Source of the DNA: Candidatus Poribacteria bacterium
Lineage (GTDB): Bacteria > Poribacteria > WGA-4E > WGA-3G
Direction of reading: 5' to 3'
DNA length: 64,000 nucleotides
Assembly (NCBI GenBank): GCA_965242965.1
Contig: OZ251518.1
Coordinates: forward strand, 3,680,001-3,744,000
In this document: positions 30,975 to 41,612 of the stretch, one piece after another
How positions within the stretch are numbered: position 1 is the stretch's first letter
Layout: the number at the start of each line of letters is the position of its first letter
Position numbers and translations under genes: made by a program
The notes under the pieces: model-generated
The model's database searches: none
Told to the model about the DNA's origin: nothing
Seen by the model: the letters and a program-made list of their open reading frames with translations, nothing else

Positions 30975-33900
30975 TTGCTGGTGATTGCATTCTCTTGTTG
31001 CTGGATCCCTGTCGCCTCCGCACAGGATGAAGTCCCGTTCCATGAACGAGCTTTCAGAGATACTGTTTTCAGAGATGTTGTGGGGTCTGCACTTAGCGAA
31101 AATCGCCCTGGTGGGCGAATAAAAGATCTCTCCGATCCCATCACGCAAGCACATATGGCAGACTCACGCTTCACTGAGCTGAGTCAGTTTACCCGTCCCT
31201 TTCCGACTCGGCCCCTAATAACGGACTTAACGGGAATTGAGTACGCGACAAGTTTGACAACCTTAGATATCAGCAACCAGGAAGTTAGCGACCTCTCGCC
31301 GATCGCAGGTCTGACGGGGTTGACAGATTTAACTCTCAATGGTAATGAGATTAGCGACCTCACGCCACTCCGAAACCTGACAAATTTGACGGTCTTAGCG
31401 GTCAGCCGGAATGATATTCGCGACCTCTCGCCGATCGGAACACTGACAAGTTTAACCACGTTATACATCAATAACAATCCAAATCTTGGTGCGAACCTTG
31501 CGGGACTCAGAAGTCTGACGAATCTGATGGAATTAACGATGTATTCTATCAACGCACGTGACATTCAGCCGCTTGAAGGGCTGACGAATTTGAGCAGACT
31601 AATTGCCTATGACAACCAAATCCGAGATCTCTCACCGCTCAGAGACTTGGAAAATTTGACGATTTTGAACATTGCGGCTAATGGAATTCGTGATATTTCG
31701 CCGCTCACGGAGTTGACGCTCAGCACTTTAAACTTCAGACAGGTCTCATTTTGGGGGGACTCCTATTATAGCAAGTTACTGAGTTACCCATCACTCTATA
31801 CGTATCTCCCCATCATTCTAGCCAACAATCCGACGCTATCTGTGGGAAACTTCACTTTCGGTCCCCCTAACTTTCGCGTTCCGACAACCCTAGAGAGCAT
31901 CTCTGGCGATGGGGCAACCGTCGTATCGGACGAGGCACTGCCGGAACCGCTCATCGTGAAGGTGCTGGATGAAAACGAAGAACGGTTTGCTGGCGTGCCG
32001 GTGACGTTTGCAGTGACAGAAGGAGATGGCACCGTGGAACCCGCAGAAACCGCGGCGTTGGACCCCACATATAACCTGCGCGACGAGGAGGAAGGAGAGG
32101 CGCAGACTACCTTCACAGCGGGCGAATCCCTCGGGCAGCAGACCGTGGTGGCGACGGTGACACACGAAGACACAACGCTCCAAGCCACCTTCACCATCAA
32201 CGTGCAACCCGGTGCCATCGCGGCACCGACAATAGCAACAGTTGACCCTCCTCTACCCACCACGCTGCCCGTAAGGTGGGCCGCGCCTTCGTATGCCGTG
32301 CAAAGTTACGAAATACGCTATCGAGTCCAGGATAGCGAGGCGTGGACAGTTGCAGTCATCGAGGGAACAGAGACGCTCTTCACGCTCCCCGATTTAATCC
32401 CGGGCACCACTTATGAGTGGCAGGTGCGGGCGGAGACGGAGGTGGGCTTCGCCCCCTGGTCTCCATCAGGTTTCGCCACCACGGGGATCGCGGCACCGAC
32501 AATAGCAACAGTTGACCCTCCCCTACCCACCACGCTGCCCGTAAGGTGGGCCGCGCCTTCGTATGCCGTGCAAAGTTACGAAATACGCTATCGAGTCCAG
32601 GATAGCGAGGTGTGGACAGTTGAAGTCCTTGAGGGAACAGAAACGCTCTTCACGCTCCCCGATTTAATCCCGGGCACCACTTATGAATGGCAGGTGCGGG
32701 CGGAGACAGAGGTGGGCTTCACCCCCTGGTCTCCATCAGGTTTCGCCACCACGGGGCATGTATCTTTACAGCGTGAGTTGGCACCTGCGCCTGTCGCCTT
32801 GGCTCGGCTCGTCCTCAACGAAATTCGGAATGCGCCGGCGGACCGCGATGATTGGGTGGAGTTAAAAAACATCAGCGGTTCAGAGCTCTCGCTTGCAGGT
32901 TGGGAGCTCAGCATCGTTGCGCCGGCAGGCGATGCGGCGAATCAGGATGTGGATATCGTCACGTTCCCCGACTACACATTGCCGGCGGGGGAAGTGTTGC
33001 TCATCACGAACACCGACCCGGGCGAGACAGCCTTGGCGAGTGGGGTGAACATTGCGACAGGTGCGCGCAAAAAAGGCGCGACGCACCGCTATCTCGTCGC
33101 ATCGGGATTGAAATTGCCGGCGACGCGCTACCTGTTGCTGCTGCGCAGTGCTGTTGATAAAAATGGCACCTCGGCGGCATTGGAGGATGTGGCAGGGAAC
33201 TACTTCCGCGAGGCAGGAGATATCCTCTTTGAGGGGGGCACGCAAGTGTGGCCCCTGCAAGATACCGAGCATCCGGGCGATGCGCCGCCGTTGACAGAGG
33301 GAGAGGCATGGACCCGGGTTTCCACGGAGAAACGCGGTTATGTCGCCTCTGCTTGGAGTGCGAGTGGGTATCACGATGGGCTCGGGTATCGTCGCAATGC
33401 GGAAGCGGAGACGAGTCTCGGCACACCCGGGTATGACGCACCGGCTATCACCGCGGCCACGCCGACAGCGCAGCTGAGTGTGAGTGAATTGATGCTCACG
33501 ACAGGCGGCAGCCGTGGCGGACCGCAGTGGATAGAGCTCTACAATCCGTCCTTGACAGCACCGGTGAAGTTGGAAGGCTGGCGGTTGGAAGTGGAATATC
33601 TGGATGCGGAGAATGCGCGGCGGAATCGGTATGAGGGGATTTCTTTCTATCCGTTCACCGTGCTCCCGATTCAGACTATCCTCCTCACGACATGGCACGG
33701 TGAGAATTCGGGGCATTTTCCGGAGAGTCGGGTTTATCACCTTGGATTTCGTCATGGGCGGGCTTTTAACCAACGTGAGCGGCGAAGCGACATGTTGAAT
33801 CCGCTGGGTTTCTCGGTGAAGCTCTTGGATGCGGAGGGTGCTCTCGTTGACATTATCGGGAATTTAGATGGCGTGGCTCGGACGAAAGACGAACCGGCGT

Positions 33901-34448
33901 GGCAAGTGCCGCCTTTTGAGACAACTGATGGCGTGCGCGTCTCGCTGTTGCGCAAGTATGAAGATGGCGCGCCGCTGCCGGGGATGGAGGCGGCGAGCTG
34001 GAGAAGCGCGGCACAGGTGAAACTCGTCGGGACAACCTATTTCGGGCGCGAGACAGACCTCGGGACGCCTGGTTATCGGCGAGGTGGTGCGTTGCCGGTT
34101 GTCCTGTCGCATTTCCACGCGCTTCGGACGGAGGCGGGAGTTGTTATCCGTTGGACTACCGAGTCAGAGGTAGACATGGCTGGGTTCAACATCTTGCGTA
34201 GCGCGAGTCGTGCGGGGCCGTTTACGATTATCAATCCGGCACTGATACCGGGTGCTGGCACATCGGGTGAGAAGCATACTTACACGTTTACGGATACTGC
34301 ATCGAAGCCGGGGGTTGTTTCGTATTATCGGCTGGAGGAGGTATCTTTAGGTGGTGTGCGTTTACCTTTAGCGACGGCGCGTTTGAAGGGGCATATCGGT
34401 GCGCGCGGCAAACTCACGACGCGTTGGGGTGAATTGAAGGCGCGGTAG
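30975..34448 (+). CDS. Secreted internalin-like LRR + Big_1-like Ig + 2x Fn3 + 2x lamin-tail domain protein with C-terminal LTTRWGELK; probable real start 30745 via frameshift
   Basis: L..L.L..N.I.DLSPL repeats, GVPVTFAVT, duplicated Fn3 (32218-32484 vs 32487-32754), LVLNEI/VSELM..WIELYN, LPVVLSHF. Confidence 0.87.
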   Translation: MLVIAFSCCWIPVASAQDEVPFHERAFRDTVFRDVVGSALSENRPGGRIKDLSDPITQAHMADSRFTELSQFTRPFPTRPLITDLTGIEYATSLTTLDISNQEVSDLSPIAGLTGLTDLTLNGNEISDLTPLRNLTNLTVLAVSRNDIRDLSPIGTLTSLTTLYINNNPNLGANLAGLRSLTNLMELTMYSINARDIQPLEGLTNLSRLIAYDNQIRDLSPLRDLENLTILNIAANGIRDISPLTELTLSTLNFRQVSFWGDSYYSKLLSYPSLYTYLPIILANNPTLSVGNFTFGPPNFRVPTTLESISGDGATVVSDEALPEPLIVKVLDENEERFAGVPVTFAVTEGDGTVEPAETAALDPTYNLRDEEEGEAQTTFTAGESLGQQTVVATVTHEDTTLQATFTINVQPGAIAAPTIATVDPPLPTTLPVRWAAPSYAVQSYEIRYRVQDSEAWTVAVIEGTETLFTLPDLIPGTTYEWQVRAETEVGFAPWSPSGFATTGIAAPTIATVDPPLPTTLPVRWAAPSYAVQSYEIRYRVQDSEVWTVEVLEGTETLFTLPDLIPGTTYEWQVRAETEVGFTPWSPSGFATTGHVSLQRELAPAPVALARLVLNEIRNAPADRDDWVELKNISGSELSLAGWELSIVAPAGDAANQDVDIVTFPDYTLPAGEVLLITNTDPGETALASGVNIATGARKKGATHRYLVASGLKLPATRYLLLLRSAVDKNGTSAALEDVAGNYFREAGDILFEGGTQVWPLQDTEHPGDAPPLTEGEAWTRVSTEKRGYVASAWSASGYHDGLGYRRNAEAETSLGTPGYDAPAITAATPTAQLSVSELMLTTGGSRGGPQWIELYNPSLTAPVKLEGWRLEVEYLDAENARRNRYEGISFYPFTVLPIQTILLTTWHGENSGHFPESRVYHLGFRHGRAFNQRERRSDMLNPLGFSVKLLDAEGALVDIIGNLDGVARTKDEPAWQVPPFETTDGVRVSLLRKYEDGAPLPGMEAASWRSAAQVKLVGTTYFGRETDLGTPGYRRGGALPVVLSHFHALRTEAGVVIRWTTESEVDMAGFNILRSASRAGPFTIINPALIPGAGTSGEKHTYTFTDTASKPGVVSYYRLEEVSLGGVRLPLATARLKGHIGARGKLTTRWGELKAR

Positions 34449-35120
34449 GAGAGACCTCCTGGTCTCGCTGCGCGCGTGCGTTTTCCCGGTCATGCGATAA
34501 CGCCGCGCCTTACCGTAGGGCTTGGGCCCTCGGATGCCACCCGCGCCTGCGAGCGGGTTTCCCTCGCCATGCGTTGATTGCGGGGCCCATCTCTGTAGTT
34601 CGGGAGCGCCTGCTCCCGATCGGGTCAAGAGCAGGTGCTCTTGCCCTACAGATGGTTGGGGTAAGCAGCGATCGCGGGGGACAGGCCCCCGCGCTACGGT
34701 AAAAAGGCATGTTCGCGGGGGACAGGCCCCCGCGCTACGGTGATGCGATAACGCCGTTTTTTTCGTAGGGCGAGGGCCTGTCCCTCGCCATGCGTCGATC
34801 GCGGGGCCGATCTCTGTAGTTCGGGAGCACCTGCTCCCGATCAGGTCAAGAGCAGGCGCTCTTGCCCTACAGATGGTTGGGGTAAGCAGCGATCGCGGGG
34901 GACAGGCCCCCGCGCTACGGTGCGGCGTTAACGCCGTTGTTTTGTAGGGCGAGGGCCTGTCCCTCGCCATGCAACGCGCATCCCAACGATCGCGGGGGAC
35001 AGGCCCCCGCGCTACGGTACGGTGGTAAGCCGTTTTTTTTTCGTAGGGCGAGGGCCTGTCCCTCGCCATGCCTCGCGCGCCCCAACGCTCGCGGGGGACA
35101 GGCCCCCGCGCTACGGTGCG
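34445..35120. repeat. REP cluster
   Basis: Starts at the TAG stop of the upstream gene; repeated CGCGGGGGACAGGCCCCCGCGCTAC. Confidence 0.85.
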
Positions 35121-35148
35121 TTGATAACGCCGTTGTTTTTTCGTAGAC

Positions 35149-35700
35149 TCACCCTTCATCTTGCTGAAAGGGACCAAAGTCTCCAGCATCCTCCCCAGTT
35201 GGCACCTTGAAGACACTCGGGTCTTTGCCGAGGGAGATCAGATGCGCAATTGTCTCCTTCAATTCCTCATCTGTTTCCACCAGCCTTGAAATATAGGCAG
35301 CCTCTTCCCTATTCTTTCTCGCCAGCGTGAGTTGGATTTCATTGAGGCGCAGGAGATCTGGCAGGAGGACCGCGTTAGCCCCTGCAACTCGCTCAGCGAT
35401 GGTTACGTATTCTTCGAGGAAGGTTTCGTCGCCTTGCGCGAAGAGATGATACGCTTTTACGAGTTCTTCGCGGGCTGCTGCCGGCTCGTCCTCGCGGTGT
35501 TCAAGATATCTCTCTACCCGCTTGACAGCCTCTTTCTCCCGCATTTCAATCGGGACAGCAGCGTCGTTCTGAAGACGTGCCTCCTTTTCCTCTTCCGTGA
35601 GGAGTAAGCGAGAAGCGTCTTCCGTATTCAGTTCTTGTCCATCATCCGCACATCCGACAAGGATGCAGAGGATGGCAAGCATCGCACATAAGTAACGCAT
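35149..35700 (-). CDS. Hypothetical lipoprotein
   Basis: Lipobox ILVGC; AAGGAG SD. Confidence 0.65.
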   Translation of the reverse strand: MRYLCAMLAILCILVGCADDGQELNTEDASRLLLTEEEKEARLQNDAAVPIEMREKEAVKRVERYLEHREDEPAAAREELVKAYHLFAQGDETFLEEYVTIAERVAGANAVLLPDLLRLNEIQLTLARKNREEAAYISRLVETDEELKETIAHLISLGKDPSVFKVPTGEDAGDFGPFQQDEG

Positions 35701-35733
35701 GGGTAACTCCTTTCTACAAAAGAGAGATTCGCT

Positions 35734-36480
35734 CTACATCCCACCAAAACGGTAGGACTGCTGAAAGGGAATCTCAATGCCTTCATCAGCAGCAAGTTGC
35801 CGTAACTCTTTGAGATACGCAACCTGCTCAACCACCTCCTGAACATTTTCAGGAGGCACACTCGGTGGTATCAGCCTCAAAAAGGCTTCAGCGTTTGCAA
35901 TTGCATCGTCAATAGTGCCGGTGCCTTCATTACTGCGTTGAACCGTTTCAACAAGGATATCGACATCGGCAGAATCGCCGTATTGTTCCCGGAACGCATC
36001 ATCTAAGCGTTGATATGCGTAGGCGGGATGGGTGTCAAGATAGGCATTGTAATCGTCAAAGCCTGCCTTGACAATTTCTACGTCATAAGAGAGTCCATCG
36101 GAAGCCTCGGCAATGTCGCCTTCTTCTGGCAAGGTGTCACCATCGTTTTCTTCCACGAGTGGCTCAAAAAGTGCCAGTGGGGCATCGCCAGGGGATTCAG
36201 GAAAGTCTTCTACCGAATCAACCTTCGTATCCGCGATGCTATCCGATGTTGCATCCGATGGATGCGTTACAACAGGGATGGGTTCGGAGTCAGCGAGTTC
36301 CTCCGTGACACCTTTGGCGTTCGGGGTGTCTTGCGATGCCGTATCCATCGTTGGGACTTCCGGCAGCGATTCCTGAAACCGCTTTAAGTCCCATTGAGAA
36401 TAGAGAAAGATGCCGGCAGAGAGCAGGAGGACAACAACGGTGGCCCATCCGAGTGCCTGCAGGGAATTTCGGGATTTCAT
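35734..36480 (-). CDS. Hypothetical acidic protein with N-terminal membrane anchor
   Basis: Start MKSRNS at 36480 (GGAGG SD); single TM helix then D/E-rich region. Confidence 0.6.
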   Translation of the reverse strand: MKSRNSLQALGWATVVVLLLSAGIFLYSQWDLKRFQESLPEVPTMDTASQDTPNAKGVTEELADSEPIPVVTHPSDATSDSIADTKVDSVEDFPESPGDAPLALFEPLVEENDGDTLPEEGDIAEASDGLSYDVEIVKAGFDDYNAYLDTHPAYAYQRLDDAFREQYGDSADVDILVETVQRSNEGTGTIDDAIANAEAFLRLIPPSVPPENVQEVVEQVAYLKELRQLAADEGIEIPFQQSYRFGGM

Positions 36481-37299
36481 TTTTTGCCTCCAATGGTATA
36501 TAACCGAGTTTACCGTAGTGCGAGGGCCTGTCCCTCGCCATCGTTCATGCACGTGCACTCCAACGCTCGCGGGGGACAGGCCCCCGCGCTACGGTGAGGG
36601 GATAACGCCGTTGTTTCCCGTAGGGCGAGGGCCTGTCCCTCGCCATTGTTCATGCACGTGCACTCCAACGTTCGCGGGGGCCTGTCCCCTGCGCTACGGT
36701 GAAAAATGGGGACTTGCCGGTGGGCGGCCCCTTCCGATCTCAATGCCTTCCGGGTAGGAGAGACATCCCGGTCTCGATGCATCCCCGTAGCGCGGGGGCC
36801 TGTCCCCCGCGATCTCTGTCGTCAAGAGTGGCGTTTTAGGTCCTACGGACCTAAGAGAACAAGAGACGTTTTTTTCGCAGCGCGAGGCATGGCGAGGGAA
36901 ACCCGCTCGGATGCGCGTGTGGCATCCGAGGGCCCAAGCCCTACGATGAAGGGAGGCGGCCTTGACAACCGTAGCGCGGGGGCCTGTCCCCCGTGATCGT
37001 TGGATTCCACGAGCGATGGCGAGGGACAGGCCCTCGCCCTACGATGAAGGGCGGCGGCCTTGACAACCGTAGCGCGGGGGCCTGTCCCCCGCGAGCGTTG
37101 GATTCCGCGGACGCTGGAAACCGAATCGTTCGCGGTATCACGAAACCATTTTGACAACAACGAGTTATGAAACAACCTCAACTCTACTTCCAATGTCGAC
37201 CAAAAAGCTGGAAGTGTCCACTCTTTTTTTACGACACGCGTATTTTCGTATGTTTTGCGTCGTGCGCCATGCCAAAGACAGGCGCATCGACGCGCTTTG

Positions 37300-38127
37300 T
37301 CAATGAAAACCTGGATCATCCTCCTGTTCCCTCATTTCCCTCGCGAGCTGCTTCAGTTTCTTCATTGCGGCAGACGAGGTCTCCGAGACCCAGGATTTGC
37401 CGTAGCCAACGACTTCTGCAATCTCGCGAACGCTCATTGGAGGGGTGCCACCGATGCCCCACTGAAGCCGAATTACCTCGGCTTCCTCGGGTTTAAGACG
37501 CGCGAGGAAGAAGTCTAATTCCTGCCGCGCTTCAACAGCCGCGATGTCGGCATCGTGGGTGCCGACGCACTCGGCGAGCGTTATGTCTTCTTCGTCAGCA
37601 TCTGTCCCCACCGAGGCATCAAGACTCTCTGTGCCCTGCGCCGAGCAGCGACGAATCTCTTGCACCTCTTTGAGAGAACAGTCCAACACGGATGCCATCA
37701 TTTCATCGGAGACAGAACCGCCGAGGCTATCAAGCATGCGGCGAAACCGGTTCACCTGCTGCCGCAGCGGTTTCGGCACGTGGACGAGCGTCCGGTGCTT
37801 GTCGATGTAATCCATGATTCTGCCACGGATACGGTAACTGGCATAAGTGGCGAGTCGGCCACGGGAGGGATTGAACTTATCAACGGCTTGGATGAGTGCC
37901 ACCTCTCCTTCCGAGAAGAGGTCATCGAGCTCTAGCCCACAGCCTGAAAATTGGAGGGCGATGGACTTGACAAGCCGCAGATTACAAAGGATGAGCTCCT
38001 CGCGCGCGGCTTCGGAACCGTCGCGCGCGAGGGAACGCTCTTCCTCGGCAGACAACAAGGGATAACTCGAAATGAGCCGCTCAATAGCAGGGCTCAGGTG
38101 TGGGATATCAAAATGTTCGGACATCAT
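37300..38127 (-). CDS. Sigma-70 family RNA polymerase sigma factor (divergent RpoD/RpoS-like)
   Basis: LLSAEEE, NLRLVKSIA, LIQAVDKF, SLDA, region-4 HTH (REIAEVVG); AAGGAG SD. Confidence 0.85.
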   Translation of the reverse strand: MMSEHFDIPHLSPAIERLISSYPLLSAEEERSLARDGSEAAREELILCNLRLVKSIALQFSGCGLELDDLFSEGEVALIQAVDKFNPSRGRLATYASYRIRGRIMDYIDKHRTLVHVPKPLRQQVNRFRRMLDSLGGSVSDEMMASVLDCSLKEVQEIRRCSAQGTESLDASVGTDADEEDITLAECVGTHDADIAAVEARQELDFFLARLKPEEAEVIRLQWGIGGTPPMSVREIAEVVGYGKSWVSETSSAAMKKLKQLAREMREQEDDPGFH

Positions 38128-38345
38128 GATCGCGCTCCTTTTGGGAATTAGCAAAGGCGCGCATCAGAGATGCACCGCCTCTACCTGCACTTCATGTTGA
38201 CATTCACCTGTTGAATCATTACGTTTGACTTCCTAAATTCGGTTTGGCATGCGTCGTTTCCGACGCGCGCCGGTTAATAGGTTGAGCGGCATCGCCAAGT
38301 ATGGATGCCATTTCAGGATTAAAGTGGACAATGTTCCTAACTAAA

Positions 38346-38646
38346 TGAGGGTGTTTCATAACTCGCTCAACGTTGCGGTGAAACCCGCTCGGATGCGCGT
38401 GTGGCATCCGAGGGCCCCCGCGCGACGATGAAAAAAACGCCTCCTCTTCACGTAGGGCGAGGGCCTGTCCCTCGCCATCGTTCATGCACCAGACCCCCCC
38501 CTCCCCTCTGTAGTTCAGGATCGCCTGATCCTGACCCGCTCGGGAGCGGGTGCTCCCGAACTACAGATGTGGGCCCGATGCCTGCCGGTATTCGCCCGCC
38601 CTCCAAGGCGGGATAAATACCGAAACGGAATTATGAAACACCCTCA
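38346..38646. mobile_element. MITE-like unit with 16-bp perfect terminal inverted repeats carrying REP cargo
   Basis: TGAGGGTGTTTCATAA (38346-38361) ... TTATGAAACACCCTCA (38631-38646). Confidence 0.55.
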
Positions 38647-39097
38647 GTTTACCGTAGGGCGAGGGCCTGTCCCTCGCCATGCCTCGATCGCGGGGGACAG
38701 GCCCCCGCGCTACGGGTGGAGAAAAGCCTCCTTTCATCGTAGGGCGAGGGCCTGTCCCTCGCCATCGTTTTGGTGTCAGACCGCCTCACCCCTGTAGGTC
38801 AGGATCGCCTGATCCTGACCTGTTTGTGATCAGGCGATCACAAACTACAGAGAGGTGTGAACGAAAAGAAACGGTGCGCGTTCCTTTAGGTCCTAAAACG
38901 CCACCTCTTGATGATGGCCAACGCGGGGGACAGGCCCCCGCGCTACGGTAAAGAGGTGCAATGCTCGCGGGGGACAGGCCCCCGCGCTACGGTGAGGGGA
39001 TAACGCCGTGGTTTCCCGTAGGGCTTGGGCCCTCGCATGCCACACGCGCATGCGAGCGGGTTTCCCTCGCCGTGCCTCGCGCAATCTAACGCTAGCA

Positions 39098-39970
39098 TTA
39101 CCGCCGTTTGAGGTCTGCCCACGTCGTGGCGAGTTTGCGATGTGGATTGACATGCAAGTAGTTACCGGTATAGGTGAGGTGATGTCCGTTTCCAGAGGCA
39201 TCCCGCCACTTTGAACCCGGGTCTCCATCCCAATCAAAATGCCAAAGTGCCATCGTGTGTTCATCGGTTTCAAACCGTCCCTTCGGAATCTCAATAGTTT
39301 TCTCCCAGACCTCGTTCCATTTTTTGTCTGCTATCCCATCTGCAGGATATCGGACAACATTTGAGATGCGGACTTCGTCAATCAGTCCGCCGGTGAAGTC
39401 CACCCACACCGGTTTTCCGAGGAAGGGCCCGGGGGTAACCCCGAGTAAGGGCTTGCGGCCGCCGCCAATGCGGAGGGGGCCATCGGTATTATCAAATCTC
39501 AGCGGGCTACCGCGCGTCCCTCGGAGACGGTTGTTGACGCAGTGCTGCCGATACCGTTTTGCAAACGTGACAGCAATGTAGTGCCACTCCTTCAGCGGCA
39601 ACGTTGCCAGCAAACCGGGGAGGCCTCCTGCGTGGAATCCCTCTCGGAAGGTAAAGTTAAAACTCGGAGAGCCGGGTGGAAACATATCCCATCTGTAACT
39701 CTCGTCTTTGTAAAGAAGTGACCAGACTTCAAGGGGTTGTGCGATGGCATCGACACGTTCCTTCAAGGGCCGCTCCAGATACACCCACATCTCAATGGTG
39801 AATCCGTCCGTTTTCAAGGTAACGTCAAAGTCGTCGTGGTCTGGGACAGTGACGTAGTTGCCTTGTTCGTAGATGCGGAGATACTCGCCCCCGGCGGGGG
39901 ACGGTGGTGCAGTGTCCCCTGTGCGAAATAGGCACAGAGAGAGCAGTGCGGTGAAAACAAGCATTCGCAT
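39098..39970 (-). CDS. Secreted LamG-like jellyroll protein with C-terminal KLATTWADLK motif
   Basis: FTIEMWV, WHYIAVTF, G.IDEVRIS, ALWHFD, DASGNGH; signal peptide from ATG 39970. Confidence 0.8.
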   Translation of the reverse strand: MRMLVFTALLSLCLFRTGDTAPPSPAGGEYLRIYEQGNYVTVPDHDDFDVTLKTDGFTIEMWVYLERPLKERVDAIAQPLEVWSLLYKDESYRWDMFPPGSPSFNFTFREGFHAGGLPGLLATLPLKEWHYIAVTFAKRYRQHCVNNRLRGTRGSPLRFDNTDGPLRIGGGRKPLLGVTPGPFLGKPVWVDFTGGLIDEVRISNVVRYPADGIADKKWNEVWEKTIEIPKGRFETDEHTMALWHFDWDGDPGSKWRDASGNGHHLTYTGNYLHVNPHRKLATTWADLKRR

Positions 39971-40601
39971 GGTTTGGCTCCTTCTCTTAGTTCCTAACGG
40001 ACCTAAAACGATGCGTCCGAAAAAACGGCGTGTTTTACCGTAGGGCGAGGGCCTGTCCCTCGCCGTGCCACGATCGCGGGGGACAGGCCCCCGCGCTACG
40101 GTGAAAAAAACGCCTCTCCTTCCCGTAGGGCGAGGGACAGGCCCTCGCCATGCTGTCTGCGCTGCAGCATTTCTGTAGTTCGGGAGCACCTGCTCCCGAT
40201 CGGGTCAAGATCAGGCGATCTTGACCTACAGGTGCTTGGGGTAAGCAGCGATTGCGGGGGACAGGCCCCCGCGCTACGGTGGGTCGGTAACGGCGTTGTT
40301 TCCCGTAGGGCGAGGGCCTGTCCCTCGCCATGTCACGATCACGGGGGACAGGCCCCCGCGCTACAGGAACATCGAGACCAGGAGGTCTCTCCTACGGGGA
40401 AACATCGCTCGCTATAAAAATGAACGTTTTTAAAAACGTAGACGTTATTTTTCGGCAAAAGGTACCACAAAAAATGCAGTTTTTTTCAAGAAAATCGATA
40501 TTCTTTCCATTTTTCTCCCAGATTGTCAAAAAATCTATCCATTATTCCGACTTTTATGCTATAATAACATATCCAAATCCGAAAAAAGGAACCGAAAATA
40601 A

Positions 40602-41612
40602 ATGGCAGATACTATCAGAGGTGCTGTGCTCGGTTACGGCGCAGCCTTTAATATGGGCAAGGCACACGCGAATATGATGGCGCGCACCGAGGGCATCCAC
40701 TGCGTCGCCGTGTGCGACATTGACGAATCACGCACCGATGCGGCGAAACAGGATTTCCCCGGCATCCGAACCTATAACACCGTAGAAGAACTCATCGCCG
40801 ATGACGCGGTCGATCTGGTTGCAAACGTCCTCCCGCACAGTCTGCACGGCGCACCGACGGTGGCGTGCCTCAACGCAGGCAAGCACGTTGTCGTCGAGAA
40901 ACCAATGTGCATCACGATTGCGGAAGCCACCGAGATGATTACCGCCGCCGAGGAAAACGGTGTCATGTTATCCGTGCATCACAACCGGCGTTGGGATGCA
41001 GATTTTTGGACGCTCCGCGAATTGGTGCATGCCGGTGTTATCGGCAAAGTTTTCAACGTCGAGATGTGGGGTGGTGGATACGGAAGACCGAATCCGAATT
41101 GGTGGCGTAGTGTGAAAGCCGTCTCTGGCGGGCAATTCTATGACTGGGGCGCGCACTACCTCGACTGGTTGCTCAACATCATCGAGGCACCGATGGTGAA
41201 CGTCACCGGGTTTTACCAGCCGAACCTCGTCTGGGACGACATTTCCAACGAAGACCACGTTCAAGCCATCATCCGCTTCGCTGACGGCTGCATGGCGAAC
41301 ATCCAGATGTCCAATATCGCGAGAATCAACGGACCGCGGTGGAAACTGCTCGGTTCTCACGGCGCGATTGTTTCAGGCGATGGACAATTCAAGGTGCTTT
41401 CTGAAGTGGAAGGACAACCGAAGGAGAAAATGGTAGGGTTCGCCGGCCGCCCCGGTCCCAGTTATTATGAGAACATCGTCGCGCATTTGAACGATGGCAC
41501 ACCGTTGTTGGTAACGCCAGAATCGGCGCGCCGCGTTATCGCTGTGATGGACTTGGCGGAGAAATCGTCTAAGACGCATCAGGCGGAGACTGTGCCGTAT
41601 GAATTTTCGTGA
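40602..41612 (+). CDS. Gfo/Idh/MocA family oxidoreductase
   Basis: GKHVVVEKP, HNRRWD, GGQFYDWGAH. Confidence 0.9.
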   Translation: MADTIRGAVLGYGAAFNMGKAHANMMARTEGIHCVAVCDIDESRTDAAKQDFPGIRTYNTVEELIADDAVDLVANVLPHSLHGAPTVACLNAGKHVVVEKPMCITIAEATEMITAAEENGVMLSVHHNRRWDADFWTLRELVHAGVIGKVFNVEMWGGGYGRPNPNWWRSVKAVSGGQFYDWGAHYLDWLLNIIEAPMVNVTGFYQPNLVWDDISNEDHVQAIIRFADGCMANIQMSNIARINGPRWKLLGSHGAIVSGDGQFKVLSEVEGQPKEKMVGFAGRPGPSYYENIVAHLNDGTPLLVTPESARRVIAVMDLAEKSSKTHQAETVPYEFS

